From positions 6,802 through 70,801 of the forward strand of contig JAYPRP010000002.1 of the NCBI GenBank assembly GCA_038132575.1: DNA of 64,000 nt, read 5' to 3'. This DNA is from Rhodospirillaceae bacterium. Lineage in GTDB: Bacteria > Pseudomonadota > Alphaproteobacteria > UBA6615. A program made the position numbers and the translations under genes. Shown in pieces: positions 9,160 through 19,320 of this stretch (positions are counted from its first letter, which is position 1; each line of letters begins with the position of its first letter). The notes below the pieces were generated by a model. That model saw nothing but the letters and a program-made list of their open reading frames with translations, was not told where the DNA came from and did no database searches.

Positions 9160-11499
9160 ATGGCATCCGGACAGTTCGGAATTTCCCAGCATGTCACGCG
9201 GCGCGAGGACGCGCGGCTGATCACCGGTGGCGGCGCCTACGCCGACGACACCGGCTTCGAGGGACAGGCGTTCGCCGCCTTCCTGCGCGCGCCTATCGGT
9301 CACGGGGTGATCAAATCGGTCGATACGTCGGCGGCGGCGAGCGCGCCGGGTGTGATCGCCGTCTACATCGGACAGGACCTGCGCAACGCGGGCATCGGCG
9401 CGATCCCCAACGTCACGCCGTTCCCGAACCGGGACGGATCCGAGATGCTGCGAACCCAGCGTCCGGCCGTCGCCGTCGACAAGATCTATCATGTGGGCGA
9501 GATCGTCGCGGTGGTGGTCGCCGAGAGCACGGCGCTGGCCCAGGACGCCGTCGACCTGATCGACCTGGACATGGACACTCTGCCGGCGCTGACCGATGTG
9601 CGCGAGGCGGCGAAAGCCGGCGCACTGCAGCTACATGAGAATATCCCCGGCAACGTCTGCCTCGATTTCCAGATCGGCGACGAGGCGAAGGCGAAGGCCG
9701 CGATCGCGGGTGCCGCCCACGTGGTGGAGCTGACACTGACGACCAACCGGCTGGCCGTGGCGGCGATGGAGCCGCGCAGCGCGGCTGCGCGCTTCGACCC
9801 GGCCGCGAATGAAGGCGCCGGGCGATACGACCTGATCACGGGATCCCAGGGCGTGAACGCCATGCGGAACATGCTCGCCGGCGCGATCTTCGACGTGCCC
9901 CATGAGCAGATGCATGTGATGACCAACGATGTAGGCGGCGGCTTCGGTATGAAGACACAGGCCTATCCGGAGTATGTGGCGATTCTGTTCGCGGCGAAGG
10001 CCTGCGGCAAACCCGTCAAGTGGCAGGGCACGCGATCCGAGGCGTTCCTCGCCGACAACCAGGCCCGCGACGGGGTGATGCACGGCACCATGGCCTTCGA
10101 CGAAGACGGGAAAATCCAGGGCTTCCGGGTCAACATGATCGCGGCGATGGGCGGCTATCTCTCGTCCCATGGCCCGGCCGCGGCGACCCGTAACGTCTGC
10201 AACTGCCTGACTGGCTGCTACGACAACCCGGCGCTGGAATTCCAGGTGAAGTGCCTGATGACCAACAACGTCCCCATCGGCCCCTATCGCGGTGCCGGGC
10301 GGCCCGAAGCGGCTTATATACTGGAGCGGATGATGGACCATGCGGCGCGCCAACTCGGAATCGACCGGGTGGAGCTGCGCCGGCGGAACTTCATCAAGCC
10401 CGACCAGATGCCCTACACTACCTCGCTTTCGCAGGTATATGATTCCGGCGAGTTCGAGGCCGAGATGGACAAGGCCCTCGCGCTGGCCGAATGGGACAGT
10501 TTCGAGGAACGCCGCGCGGCAAGCGCAGCCAATGGCAAGCTGCGCGGCATCGGCATGTCCTGCTTCGTGGAGACCGCGGGCGGCATGTTGCAGGAGGGCG
10601 CCAAGCTTGCCATCGGCGAGGACGACACCGTCGAGGCCCGGCTGGCCGTCCAGTCCAACGGCCAGGGACATGTTACCAGCTTCGCGCAGGTCGTGTCCGA
10701 ACTGCTGCAGGTCCCCTACGAGAAGGTGCGCATCATCGAGGGCGACAGTTTCGAGACCCCGGGCACCGGCTTCGCCTCGGTCGCCTCGCGCTCCATGGCG
10801 CTGGCCAGCGGCGCGATCTCACTGACGGCCGACGCCATGATCGACAAGGGGCGTAAACTCGCCGGCCATGTGCTGGAGGCCGCGGAGGCGGACATCGAGT
10901 ATGCGGATGGCACCTTCACCGTCGCCGGGACCGACCGGTCAGTCGACATCTTCGCGCTCGAAGAACAGGCCCGGTCCTTGGGCGACCTGCCCGAGGGCAT
11001 CCCGGACAGTCTCGCGTCGGAAGAGGATTTCGACTCGCCCGAACAGACCTATCCCAATGGCTGTCACATCTGCGAGGTGGAGATCGAGCCCGAGACCGGC
11101 GTCATCGACGTGTTGAGCTATATCGCCGTCGATGATTGCGGCACGGTCATCAACCCGATGATTGTCCACGGCCAGGTGCATGGCGGCGTCGCCCAGGGCC
11201 TCGGTCAGATTCTCGGCGAGCATGCCGTCTATGACGAGGATGGCCAACTGCTGGCCGGCTCCTTCATGGACTACATGATGCCGCGGGCCGACGACATGCC
11301 CGACATGAAGCTCGGCTTCCACTCGGTGCCCTGCACCACCAACCCGGTGGGCGCCAAGGGCGCCGGCGAGGCCGGCACTACCGGTGCGCTGGCTGCCGGC
11401 ATGAACGCCATCGTCGACGCGCTTTCGGTACACGGCATCACCGAATTCGACATGCCGGCCACGCCGCCGCGGGTCTGGGCAGCGCTGAACCGGAACTAG
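9160..11499 (+). CDS. Xanthine dehydrogenase/CoxL-family molybdopterin-binding subunit (form-II CODH-like large subunit), 779 aa.
   Basis: Internal start MASGQFGISQHVTRREDARL of track ORF 8911..11499, preceded by a GAAGGAG RBS. Active-site loop GPYRGAGRPEA and C-terminal GAKGAGEAGT (catalytic Glu). Confidence 0.8.
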   Translation: MASGQFGISQHVTRREDARLITGGGAYADDTGFEGQAFAAFLRAPIGHGVIKSVDTSAAASAPGVIAVYIGQDLRNAGIGAIPNVTPFPNRDGSEMLRTQRPAVAVDKIYHVGEIVAVVVAESTALAQDAVDLIDLDMDTLPALTDVREAAKAGALQLHENIPGNVCLDFQIGDEAKAKAAIAGAAHVVELTLTTNRLAVAAMEPRSAAARFDPAANEGAGRYDLITGSQGVNAMRNMLAGAIFDVPHEQMHVMTNDVGGGFGMKTQAYPEYVAILFAAKACGKPVKWQGTRSEAFLADNQARDGVMHGTMAFDEDGKIQGFRVNMIAAMGGYLSSHGPAAATRNVCNCLTGCYDNPALEFQVKCLMTNNVPIGPYRGAGRPEAAYILERMMDHAARQLGIDRVELRRRNFIKPDQMPYTTSLSQVYDSGEFEAEMDKALALAEWDSFEERRAASAANGKLRGIGMSCFVETAGGMLQEGAKLAIGEDDTVEARLAVQSNGQGHVTSFAQVVSELLQVPYEKVRIIEGDSFETPGTGFASVASRSMALASGAISLTADAMIDKGRKLAGHVLEAAEADIEYADGTFTVAGTDRSVDIFALEEQARSLGDLPEGIPDSLASEEDFDSPEQTYPNGCHICEVEIEPETGVIDVLSYIAVDDCGTVINPMIVHGQVHGGVAQGLGQILGEHAVYDEDGQLLAGSFMDYMMPRADDMPDMKLGFHSVPCTTNPVGAKGAGEAGTTGALAAGMNAIVDALSVHGITEFDMPATPPRVWAALNRN

Positions 11500-11546
11500 G
11501 TCGGAACCCGGGCTGGTTGGGAACCCGCCCGCCGCACACGAAAAAG

Positions 11547-11576
11547 CGCGGGTCCGAGACCCGCCCTTCTCTATTT
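11547..11576 (+). terminator. Rho-independent terminator GCGGGTC-cga-GACCCGC followed by a T-rich run (ccttctctatttc).
   Basis: 7-bp GC stem plus a U-rich tail 48 nt after the stop of the 9160..11499 gene. Confidence 0.55.
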
Positions 11577-11592
11577 CGGCATCAACCTCGTG

Positions 11593-12132
11593 TCAGGCGG
11601 CGGCAAGCGGCCGCGCATCGAGGGTTTTCATGAAGAGATGCGCGGCGTGGTAGATCGCTAGAAAGGTGCCGATCTCCATGATCTGCGCCTCCGTCCAGTG
11701 TTCGCGCATCTGCTCGTAGAAGATCGCATCGACCTTGTCGGGGTCGAGGAAAAGCTGGTCGGAGAAGCGCAAGGCCATCCGTTCCGCCTCGGTAAAGAGC
11801 TCCGAATCCTCGTAATCATCGCAGCCGGCGTCGATGCGTTCTTCGGTCAGGCCTTCTGCAATCGCCCGTTTGGATCGCAGTGCCGAGAAATAAGGATCCT
11901 CGACGAAGCGCGCGAGCTGGATGCGGATGATCTCCTTGAGCTGGTGATCGACCGTACCCTTGGTGTGCAGCTCGAGCATCACGCCCAAGAGCGTCTTCGC
12001 CTGGGCCGGGACCCGCGCGATGATGCACGGAAACAGCTCGTCCGGCACGCCGAGTTCAACGCACTGAGCCGTGAGATCACGGAGTTCGGGATCCTCGATC
12101 TGGTCGAGTTCGAGAGGTGCGAGACGGGACAT
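11593..12132 (-). CDS. Carboxymuconolactone decarboxylase (CMD/AhpD-like) family protein that lacks the CxYC redox motif, 179 aa.
   Basis: Clear paralog of the upstream gene (LDHKLKEVIRVML vs VDHQLKEIIRIQL). At the motif position it has FVEDPYFSAL. Confidence 0.7.
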   Translation of the reverse strand: MSRLAPLELDQIEDPELRDLTAQCVELGVPDELFPCIIARVPAQAKTLLGVMLELHTKGTVDHQLKEIIRIQLARFVEDPYFSALRSKRAIAEGLTEERIDAGCDDYEDSELFTEAERMALRFSDQLFLDPDKVDAIFYEQMREHWTEAQIMEIGTFLAIYHAAHLFMKTLDARPLAAA

Positions 12133-12752
12133 TATTCGGCCGCCTCCCCCTGGAGCGATTCCGGGGTCGCCCCATAGATCTCCGCCGATTCCTCCTGGCT
12201 CACCAGGCGTCCATCCGGTGCGAACATCGGGTAGAACTTCAGGGATCCGAAAAAGGTGTGGAAGCCGAGGTTACCAACCAGGAACATCCCCAGTTCGGCG
12301 ATCTCGTCCTCGCTCAGGTGGGCGCGCAGATCGTCCCAGTCGTCATCATCAAATGAGTCCGCGTCCGTCGAGATTTTCTCGACATAGCGCATGATCGCCT
12401 TTTCCTTCTCGGAGAAGACATCGCTGCCGGCATGGTTGTTGATGCCGTCGTCGAGGAGTTTTTCGTCAAGTCCTTCCCGCTTCGCCGAAGCAGAACGAAC
12501 GTTGCCTCAGTAACTGCAATGGGCCATGCGCGACAGCATCACCCGGATAACTTCCTTGAGTTTGTGGTCGAGTGCCCCCTCGTTGAACACGCTGGTCCAG
12601 AACAGGTAGGCCTTCTCGGCGAGGTCCACATTGTGGCCCATGACCGCGTGGAAGCCGGGGTCCGGCGCACGCAGCTCAAGGGATTTCTCGATATACGGCT
12701 TGAGCTTGGTCTTCTTCAGCTCTTCGATATCGAGCAGGGTGATATTCGGCAT
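12132..12752 (-). CDS. Candidate selenoprotein of the AhpD-like (CMD) peroxidase-related family: CSYU motif with in-frame TGA at 12507..12509, about 206 aa read-through.
   Basis: Track ORFs 12507..12752 and 12132..12392 are in the same frame and separated by a single TGA. Read by eye: ...RMAHCSY-TGA-GNVRSASAKREGLDEKLLDD.... Homology to the neighbouring CMD paralog continues across the TGA. The TGA occupies the second Cys of the AhpD CxYC motif. A stem-loop candidate lies downstream. selA/selB/selC/selD are in the window. Confidence 0.6.
12476..12494 (-). other. Candidate bacterial SECIS hairpin (mRNA 5'-UCUGCUUC-GGC-GAAGCGGG-3') starting about 13 nt after the UGA of the AhpD-like gene.
   Basis: 8-bp stem including G-U pairs, with an apical loop containing G. 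The spacing fits the bacterial SECIS window. Confidence 0.3.
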
Positions 12753-12807
12753 ATCGCTCTCTCAATCGTTTGGTGCCGGGGCACCGTAGCAAAAACAAGA
12801 TGTGTTC

Positions 12808-13137
12808 TCAGGCATGTTCTTCAATCGCCTTCTTGAGGACCTGGCGGCGATCGACGCCGGTGCGGGTCTCCACGACCTCTCCGTCCTTGAAGAACATGAG
12901 CGTCGGGAAGCCGCGCACACCATAGCGCGACAGCAGGTCGAGATTCTCGTCACCATCGACGGTGCCGATCACCACATTCTCGGGAAGCTCCTCGTTCACC
13001 TGTCCGAGAATCTTCTTGAGCTGCTTGCACGGCACGCAGGTCTTGGACCAGAAGTCGACGACGGTCAGCCCCTCGCGTTCGAGGACCTCGGTGTGGAAGT
13101 TGGAATCGTCGAAAATCGCAAGATCTTCCAGCGCCAT
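12808..13137 (-). CDS. Thioredoxin, 109 aa.
   Basis: Internal Met MALEDLAIFDDSNF of track ORF 12808..13593. WSKTCVPCK active site and the FPTLMFFKDGE motif. It is the first gene of an operon with the AhpD-like genes. Confidence 0.8.
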   Translation of the reverse strand: MALEDLAIFDDSNFHTEVLEREGLTVVDFWSKTCVPCKQLKKILGQVNEELPENVVIGTVDGDENLDLLSRYGVRGFPTLMFFKDGEVVETRTGVDRRQVLKKAIEEHA

Positions 13138-13355
13138 GGCCTCACTCCTCGTGGCGAATGTCCGGCACAATATATAGCGGAGCCCCCGGGCACGGACAAA
13201 CGCGCGCCCGGCACAAATCATATGCATCGTACCAGGACCGAAATCGTGGATTTCCGGGGGTTCGGGGAACGAAACCCCCAGCGGAGCACGAAAATTCACG
13301 CCCGTCGCGCGGTTCAGCCATGCACCCGCTGCAAACGCGCCCGCGCGGCGCGCCT

Positions 13356-14507
13356 CTAACGTGCCGGCACCTGGGAGAGTTCCTGCGCCGCGTCGTCCGC
13401 GCTGCTCTGCGCCGCCTCGAGCGCCTCGTCGAGCGCGCTCTTCGGCGCGACACGCGACCAGTTGCGCAAGAGGTTCACCCCCGCCGCGCGCAGCCGGTTC
13501 ATATACATATCGACCGCCGCCGTCCCCGGCCGGTCCGCCGCGTCGTGTGCCTCGGCCCAGCTCCGTGCAATCGGCGGCAGGCTGTCGGCCCACTGGAAGC
13601 GCCGGGTCTTGAGGAGCTTGGCCGCGCGCACACCCTGCGCCTTCAGATCGGCTACGGCCTGGGCGCCAGCAGCGCAGTATGCCTCGGCAGCGGCGCCGGT
13701 GAACGCCGCGCCCGCCTCGGCGATGGCGGTCCGCACGGCCTCTGGCAGCGCCGCGAGCCGTCTGGAGTTAACAGTCAGAACAAAGGGCACCTGCGCCCCG
13801 AAGCCCGTCCGGGTGTAGTGGTCTGCGAACCGCTTAAGCCCGATCCGGGCGATTTCCGACGTCGGCAAGAGTGCCGCGTCCAGCTCGCCCGCCTCCATGC
13901 GCGCGCCCATCGTGTCGTCGGGCAGGCGCCGGGGAAGACCCTGCACGCCCGCGACCCAGCTCTCCAGCCGGTCGACCATACCGACCCGGAGACCGCGTAG
14001 CTCGTCGGCGTTGCGGATCGAGCAGACCGCGATGAAGTTGTACCCGTCACTGGCGATGCCCGACACGAAGGCCTGGCGCGCCGCCGCGATGTCGTCGGTC
14101 ATGCCCGGCAGTTCCGTATGCATTGCCTGGTAGGCAGCGCCCACGACGGCGCAGTTCTCGGTGGTGAACGGCATCTGGAAGGTCAGGTTCTGGAGCGGCA
14201 GGCGCCGTGACTCGTGGTTGACCGCGACCACGGCGAACAGCGCGAGATTGTCTTCCGCCGCCTCGAGCGCGCCGCCCAAGCGCGCGAGCGTCTCGGCGTG
14301 CAGCTCGTCCCAGACGATCTCGCCACCCCCCGCATCGGCGACGCGGCGCGTGACCTCGTCCTGGAAATGGGTTCGTACAATCCGCGGGACCGCATGATCG
14401 TGCGGCAGCCCGCTCGTCACGGACAGGCGCAGCGGCTCGCCTGCCACGGACGGTGAGATGCTGACGGCGGACAGGAACAGGCCCGCGAAAAGGGTTCGTG
14501 CAATCAT
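13356..14507 (-). CDS. TRAP-transporter-type periplasmic solute-binding protein (DctP family), 383 aa.
   Basis: Start at MIARTLFAGLFLSAVSISPSVAGE (signal peptide), internal to the over-long track ORF 13356..14807. No DctQ/DctM adjacent. Confidence 0.55.
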   Translation of the reverse strand: MIARTLFAGLFLSAVSISPSVAGEPLRLSVTSGLPHDHAVPRIVRTHFQDEVTRRVADAGGGEIVWDELHAETLARLGGALEAAEDNLALFAVVAVNHESRRLPLQNLTFQMPFTTENCAVVGAAYQAMHTELPGMTDDIAAARQAFVSGIASDGYNFIAVCSIRNADELRGLRVGMVDRLESWVAGVQGLPRRLPDDTMGARMEAGELDAALLPTSEIARIGLKRFADHYTRTGFGAQVPFVLTVNSRRLAALPEAVRTAIAEAGAAFTGAAAEAYCAAGAQAVADLKAQGVRAAKLLKTRRFQWADSLPPIARSWAEAHDAADRPGTAAVDMYMNRLRAAGVNLLRNWSRVAPKSALDEALEAAQSSADDAAQELSQVPAR

Positions 14508-14727
14508 TCCGGCGCCTCGATCCTTCTTGGGTCGACCGCACGCGCCCGATCTTCGGGCGCGCGGGTGCGCAACAAGGCGACCATCCTGGCGGGAAAAGGT
14601 TAAGCAACGGCATACATGACGAATTGTTTCGACAGGCAAAACGACGGGCCGGGCACCGTTGAAACCTCGCGGAGACGCGTGATGAAGTGCCCACATCGAA
14701 TATTGCGGGATGCAGGAGAACGCGCAC

Positions 14728-15297
14728 ATGAAGACCATCGACATCGGGCCCGACGGCATGGCCGAACACATCGTGCGCCGCGCGGGATGGCACCCGAAGC
14801 AGGGCAACTACACCGAGCTCGGCATCCCGACCGAGGCCTACGAGATGCTGACGGCGAAGACCCTCTACACCCTGCTCGCACCGGGCAACGCGGCGGGCTC
14901 GCACCAGTTCACCTCGGCGAAGGGACCGGACGGGCTGTCCATCTCCATCGCCGAATGTCCGCCCGGCGACGGCCCGATGCTGCACGCCCACATGGAGACC
15001 CACGAGATCTTCTTCTGCCTCGAGGGGCGCTTCGAGCTGCGCTGGGGCGACGCGGGCGAGCATTCCGATGTGCTCGACCGCTTCGACATGGTCGACGTGC
15101 CGCTCGGCGTGACCCGCGCGTTCCGCAACATCGGCGATGACACAGCGCTGTTGCTGGTGATTATCCTCGGCGGCAACCAGAACGATATCGGATATGCCCG
15201 CTCTGTCGGCGACGAGGTGGCCGCAAAGTACGGCGCGGATGTACGCAACGCGATCGAGGCCCACACCTCGATGAAGTTCAACGTGGGAGCCGAATGA
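14728..15297 (+). CDS. Cupin domain protein, 189 aa.
   Basis: Start MKTIDIGPDG preceded by a CAGGAGAA RBS. Cupin motifs HAHMETHEIFFCLEG. Confidence 0.6.
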   Translation: MKTIDIGPDGMAEHIVRRAGWHPKQGNYTELGIPTEAYEMLTAKTLYTLLAPGNAAGSHQFTSAKGPDGLSISIAECPPGDGPMLHAHMETHEIFFCLEGRFELRWGDAGEHSDVLDRFDMVDVPLGVTRAFRNIGDDTALLLVIILGGNQNDIGYARSVGDEVAAKYGADVRNAIEAHTSMKFNVGAE

Positions 15298-15821
15298 TGG
15301 CGGCGAGGACCGCCTACAAGCGCCGCGCCGGGGAGGGGATCGAGCTGCCGCCCGAGACCGTCGCCCGGTCGATCGCGCCCTTCGAAGCGCTGGAGCTGGA
15401 CCCGGACGCGTTCCGCGACGCGAACAACCCCGACCTGCGCCTGGGCATCCGCTGGGTCATCTCGCCGGACAACATGGCCGGCCCGGCGGCGATCGACGCA
15501 CCGCACTCGTTCCATCTCTGCTACATCCAGTCCGAGCCCGGTCACCACCCGGTGCTGCATGCCCACGAATACACTGAGACCTTCATCTGCATGCGTGGCC
15601 AGTACACGATCCACTGGGGCAACGAAGGCCAGAACAAGGTCGTCCTCAACCCCTACGACACCTTCTCGGTTCCGCCGCACCTGATGCGTTCGGTCGAGAA
15701 CACCGGCGAAGAGGTGGGCATGGTGATGGTGATCTATGGCGACCACCCCGACCCGAACGCCGGGATCGTTGTACCCCAGTCCATCATCGACGCGGACAAG
15801 GCAGCGGGCCGGGATATCTAG
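15294..15821 (+). CDS. Cupin domain protein, 175 aa, tandem to the previous cupin.
   Basis: Start overlaps the upstream stop (ATGA). HAHEYTETFICMRG cupin motif. Confidence 0.6.
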   Translation: MMAARTAYKRRAGEGIELPPETVARSIAPFEALELDPDAFRDANNPDLRLGIRWVISPDNMAGPAAIDAPHSFHLCYIQSEPGHHPVLHAHEYTETFICMRGQYTIHWGNEGQNKVVLNPYDTFSVPPHLMRSVENTGEEVGMVMVIYGDHPDPNAGIVVPQSIIDADKAAGRDI

Positions 15822-15830
15822 GCGGGGCAC

Positions 15831-16853
15831 CTATTCCGCGGCCGCGTCGTGCCGCGCCAGCTCGAACGCATCGGCCAGGAGCTCGTAGGAGCGCAGCCGC
15901 TTCTCGAAGTCATAGGTGATCGTGAGGACGAGCAGTTCCTCGAAGCCATGCTCGTCGGCGAAGGCCGCAAGCTCGTGGCGCAGTTTCTCGGGTGTACCGG
16001 CAAACCGGTTCGCCTTGTTCGCCTCGACGACCCGGCGCTCCTGAGGGTTGTAGACGTAGTCCAGCGCCTCGTCCGGGTGGGGATAGGGCAGATGCTGGCC
16101 ATAGTTGAGTTTGAGCCGCCAGAGATCGCGGCTGGCGGCCAGGTAGTCCGCCTCCTCCTGGGTATCGGCGCAGATCACGAACACGCCGGCATTGGCCCGC
16201 GGGGCGGCGAGATGATCGGACGGCTCGAACTTCTCCCGGTAGTACTTCATCACCGGTCCTGTCGCCTGGGGCGCGATGAAGTGGGCGAAGGAATAGGCGA
16301 GCCCGAAATGGGCCGCGTAGGCTGCGCTCTGGTCGCTGGAGCCGAGCAGCCAGACTTCCGGCGCGTCGGCCACCGACGGGGTGGCGCGGACATCGCGGAA
16401 CGGCTTCGTCGCCGGAACCCCGTCGTCGAGGAAGGCCATCATGTCGGCGATCTTGGTCGGGAAATACTCGATCCCAACCTCGCTGCCATAGGCGAGCGCG
16501 GCGGCGGTGAGCCCGTCGCTGCCCGGCGCGCGACCGATCCCGAGATCGACCCGCCCGGGATAGAGATTCTCGAGCAGCTTGAAGTTCTCCGCCACCTTCA
16601 GTGGTGAGTAGTGGCTGAGCATAACCCCGCCGGAGCCGACGCGGATGCGGTTGGTGGCCGCCGCGACGCGGGTCACCATGATCTCGGGCGAGGAGCCCGC
16701 AAAACCCGCGGTGCCGTGATGCTCGGCGAGCCAGTAGCGCGAATAGCCGAGCCGCTCGGTCGCCTGGGCCAGCGCGATGGTCTCCTCGAGCGCGGTGCGG
16801 GCGTCGCCGCCGGCGCGCACAGGCGACTGGTCGAGAACGGAAAGCTTCACCAT
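15831..16853 (-). CDS. LLM-class (luciferase-like) flavin-dependent oxidoreductase, 340 aa.
   Basis: Begins MVKLSVLDQSPV...YSRYWLAEHHG, a typical luciferase-like monooxygenase N-terminus. Confidence 0.8.
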   Translation of the reverse strand: MVKLSVLDQSPVRAGGDARTALEETIALAQATERLGYSRYWLAEHHGTAGFAGSSPEIMVTRVAAATNRIRVGSGGVMLSHYSPLKVAENFKLLENLYPGRVDLGIGRAPGSDGLTAAALAYGSEVGIEYFPTKIADMMAFLDDGVPATKPFRDVRATPSVADAPEVWLLGSSDQSAAYAAHFGLAYSFAHFIAPQATGPVMKYYREKFEPSDHLAAPRANAGVFVICADTQEEADYLAASRDLWRLKLNYGQHLPYPHPDEALDYVYNPQERRVVEANKANRFAGTPEKLRHELAAFADEHGFEELLVLTITYDFEKRLRSYELLADAFELARHDAAAE

Positions 16854-16895
16854 AGGGATATATCTAGCACGGCCCGGCGGCGTGACAATGCCGCG

Positions 16896-17783
16896 TCACG
16901 ACGGGTCCGCGCGGCGCGGCTGCAGGAAGACCGTCGCCAGGATGCCGGCGGTCACCACCAGCGCGCCGACGATGTTCAGCAGCGTGGGTTCCTCGCCGAG
17001 GGTCGGGATCGCGGCGACCAGCGCGAGCGCCGGCACCCAGGAGCCAACGGCGGCCTGGCGGGTCGGGCCAATGGTCTTTACCGCATAGGCGTGGCCGAAG
17101 ATGCACAGGAATGCGCCGAACACCCCGTGGACGACCGACTGGAGGACGATGTCACCGAAGGGCGCGGTGAAAAGCGTCGAGGGCAGGAACAGGAGCCAGA
17201 TCGGCACATAAACGAGCGCGTTGCCGACCAGCAGGGCGGCAAGCGACTGCATCACGCCGAGCCGGGCGGCCCGCATGCCGCCATACCAGACGGCAACCCA
17301 CAGGGCGGCGCCAAGGAACAGCAGATGTCCGCGCCACTGGCCGGCGACCGTGCCGCCGGCGAACGCATCCCAGCCGACCGCGCCCACGCCCGCGACGATG
17401 GTAGCGATTCCCGCCCATTGCCAGCGCCCCGGGCAGTCGCCTACCCAGGCCCAGGCAACGAACGCGGCGAAAACCGGCAGCGCGCCGTACATGACGACCG
17501 AGGCATGGCCGACGGGCGCGAAGGTCATTCCGCCGAACAGCATCAGGATGAAGGGCGCGCCGCCGAAGAAGGCGACGATCGCGTGGTCGCGCAACCGGAC
17601 GCGCCAGGGGAAGTATCGGATCAGCAGTGGCAGCGCGAGGATCGCGGCGACCCCCATGCGCAGGCCCGCGAGATCGTAGATCGTCAGCGCGTCCGTGGTC
17701 GCGCCGAGCCGTCCCGCGATGAGCATCGCGACGACGCAGACGACCGTGCCGAGCCCGGCGGCGATGCCTCCCCAATCTTTCAT
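16896..17783 (-). CDS. EamA/DMT family transporter, 295 aa.
   Basis: Start MKDWGGIAAG with a GGAGG RBS. About ten hydrophobic segments with duplicated EamA halves. Confidence 0.7.
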   Translation of the reverse strand: MKDWGGIAAGLGTVVCVVAMLIAGRLGATTDALTIYDLAGLRMGVAAILALPLLIRYFPWRVRLRDHAIVAFFGGAPFILMLFGGMTFAPVGHASVVMYGALPVFAAFVAWAWVGDCPGRWQWAGIATIVAGVGAVGWDAFAGGTVAGQWRGHLLFLGAALWVAVWYGGMRAARLGVMQSLAALLVGNALVYVPIWLLFLPSTLFTAPFGDIVLQSVVHGVFGAFLCIFGHAYAVKTIGPTRQAAVGSWVPALALVAAIPTLGEEPTLLNIVGALVVTAGILATVFLQPRRADPS

Positions 17784-17913
17784 ATGTGCTGCCTCCAACC
17801 GTTCGCGCGCCAAGGAAATCCTGTTCGTGACGGTTGTCCATCACAGGTGTTGGTCGCGGAAGGGACTATATCAGTCTTGATCCCGACCGCCCCGACCGGA
17901 ACAATCACGCCCC

Positions 17914-19320
17914 ATGGCCGACCCAAGCCCCGACTTCTCCGCGATCCCCTCGCTCGACCGCCTGTTGCAGGCGCCGTCGGTCGCCACCCTCGTGGAATCG
18001 CACGGACGCGCCGCGACGACGGCGGCACTGCGCGCGGCGCTCGACGGCGCCCGCGGGACGATCGCGGCGGGCGACGCAGCTGACCTCTCGGAAGATGCCT
18101 TCGCGCGAACGGCGGCGGCGCAACTCGCGCGCGCGGCGGCCCCCGGGCTGCGCCGCGTCTTCAACCTGACCGGCACCGTGCTGCACACAAACCTGGGCCG
18201 GGCGCCGCTGGCCGAAGCGGCAATCGAGGCGATGGCCGAGGCCGCGCGCGGCGCGAGCAACCTGGAATACGATCTCGACAGCGGCAAGCGCGGCGACCGG
18301 GACACCCATGTCGAGGAACTGCTCTGTGAGCTGACAGGTGCCGAGGCCGCGACAGTCGTGAACAACAATGCGGGCGCCGTCCTGCTGCTCCTGAACGCGC
18401 TGGCGCTGCGCAAGGAAGTGCCCGTCTCGCGCGGCGAGCTGGTCGAGATCGGCGGCGCCTTCCGGATTCCCGACATCATGGCGCGGGCGGGCGCCAAGCT
18501 GGTCGAGGTCGGTACCACCAACCGGACCCACGCCCGGGACTTCGAGGGTGCGATCGGCGCCAGGACCGCGCTGGTGATGAAGGTCCACACGTCGAACTAC
18601 ACGGTCCAGGGCTTCACCGCCGACGTGCCCGAGGGCGATCTCGCCGGGATCGCCCACGCGGCGGACATTCCCTTCGCCGTCGATCTGGGTGCCGGGGCGC
18701 TGGTGGATCTCGAGCGCTGGGGCCTGCCCCACGAGCCCACCCCGCGCGAGACGCTGGCGGCGGGCGCGGACATCGTCACCTTCTCCGGCGACAAGCTGCT
18801 GGGCGGCCCCCAGGCGGGGCTGATCGTCGGGCGCGCGGACCTGATCGCGCGGCTCAAGAAGAACCCTCTCAAGCGTGCGCTCCGCTGCGACAAGGCAACC
18901 CTCGCCGCGCTGGCCGCGACCCTGATGCTCTACCGCGATCCCGACCGGCTGGCTGAACGGCTGCCCACGCTCAAGCTCCTGGCGCGTGGGGCGGACGATA
19001 TTCGCGCCGTCGCGGGATCGCTGCGCGACGCGGTTGGCGAGGCCGTCGGCGACGCGTTCACGGTCTCGGTCGAGGACTGCGCCGGACAGATCGGATCGGG
19101 CGCGCTCCCGGTCGAGAGCCTGGGCAGCGCCGCACTGGTCATCCGGCCGGCCGCGGTGCGCGGCCAGGGCGCGAAACTCAAACGGCTGGCGGCATCGCTC
19201 CGCGCCTTGCCCGTGCCGGTCATCGGGCGCGTGCATGACGACGCGCTCTGGCTCGACCTGCGCTGCCTCGACGATACCGACGGCTTCTGCGCCCAGCTCC
19301 AAAATCTGCACACATCATGA
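17914..19320 (+). CDS. selA: L-seryl-tRNA(Sec) selenium transferase (selenocysteine synthase), 468 aa.
   Basis: [15 protein letters not shown] and the PLP-lysine motif [13 protein letters not shown]. Size and order match selA; it is followed by selB with a 4-nt overlap. Confidence 0.9.
   Translation: MADPSPDFSAIPSLDRLLQAPSVATLVESHGRAATTAALRAALDGARGTIAAGDAADLSEDAFARTAAAQLARAAAPGLRRVFNLTGTVLHTNLGRAPLAEAAIEAMAEAARGASNLEYDLDSGKRGDRDTHVEELLCELTGAEAATVVNNNAGAVLLLLNALALRKEVPVSRGELVEIGGAFRIPDIMARAGAKLVEVGTTNRTHARDFEGAIGARTALVMKVHTSNYTVQGFTADVPEGDLAGIAHAADIPFAVDLGAGALVDLERWGLPHEPTPRETLAAGADIVTFSGDKLLGGPQAGLIVGRADLIARLKKNPLKRALRCDKATLAALAATLMLYRDPDRLAERLPTLKLLARGADDIRAVAGSLRDAVGEAVGDAFTVSVEDCAGQIGSGALPVESLGSAALVIRPAAVRGQGAKLKRLAASLRALPVPVIGRVHDDALWLDLRCLDDTDGFCAQLQNLHTS

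Noticed and set aside
12507-12509. Interpreting the in-frame TGA codons (12507, 24588, 28869, 58503) as pseudogene nonsense mutations or genuine stops.
   Set aside because: Each TGA sits exactly at a redox Cys position of a family with known Sec members. Frame and homology continue downstream. selA/selB/selC/selD are present in the same window. Four independent coincidences are unlikely. Pseudogenisation of an individual gene cannot be excluded without alignments.
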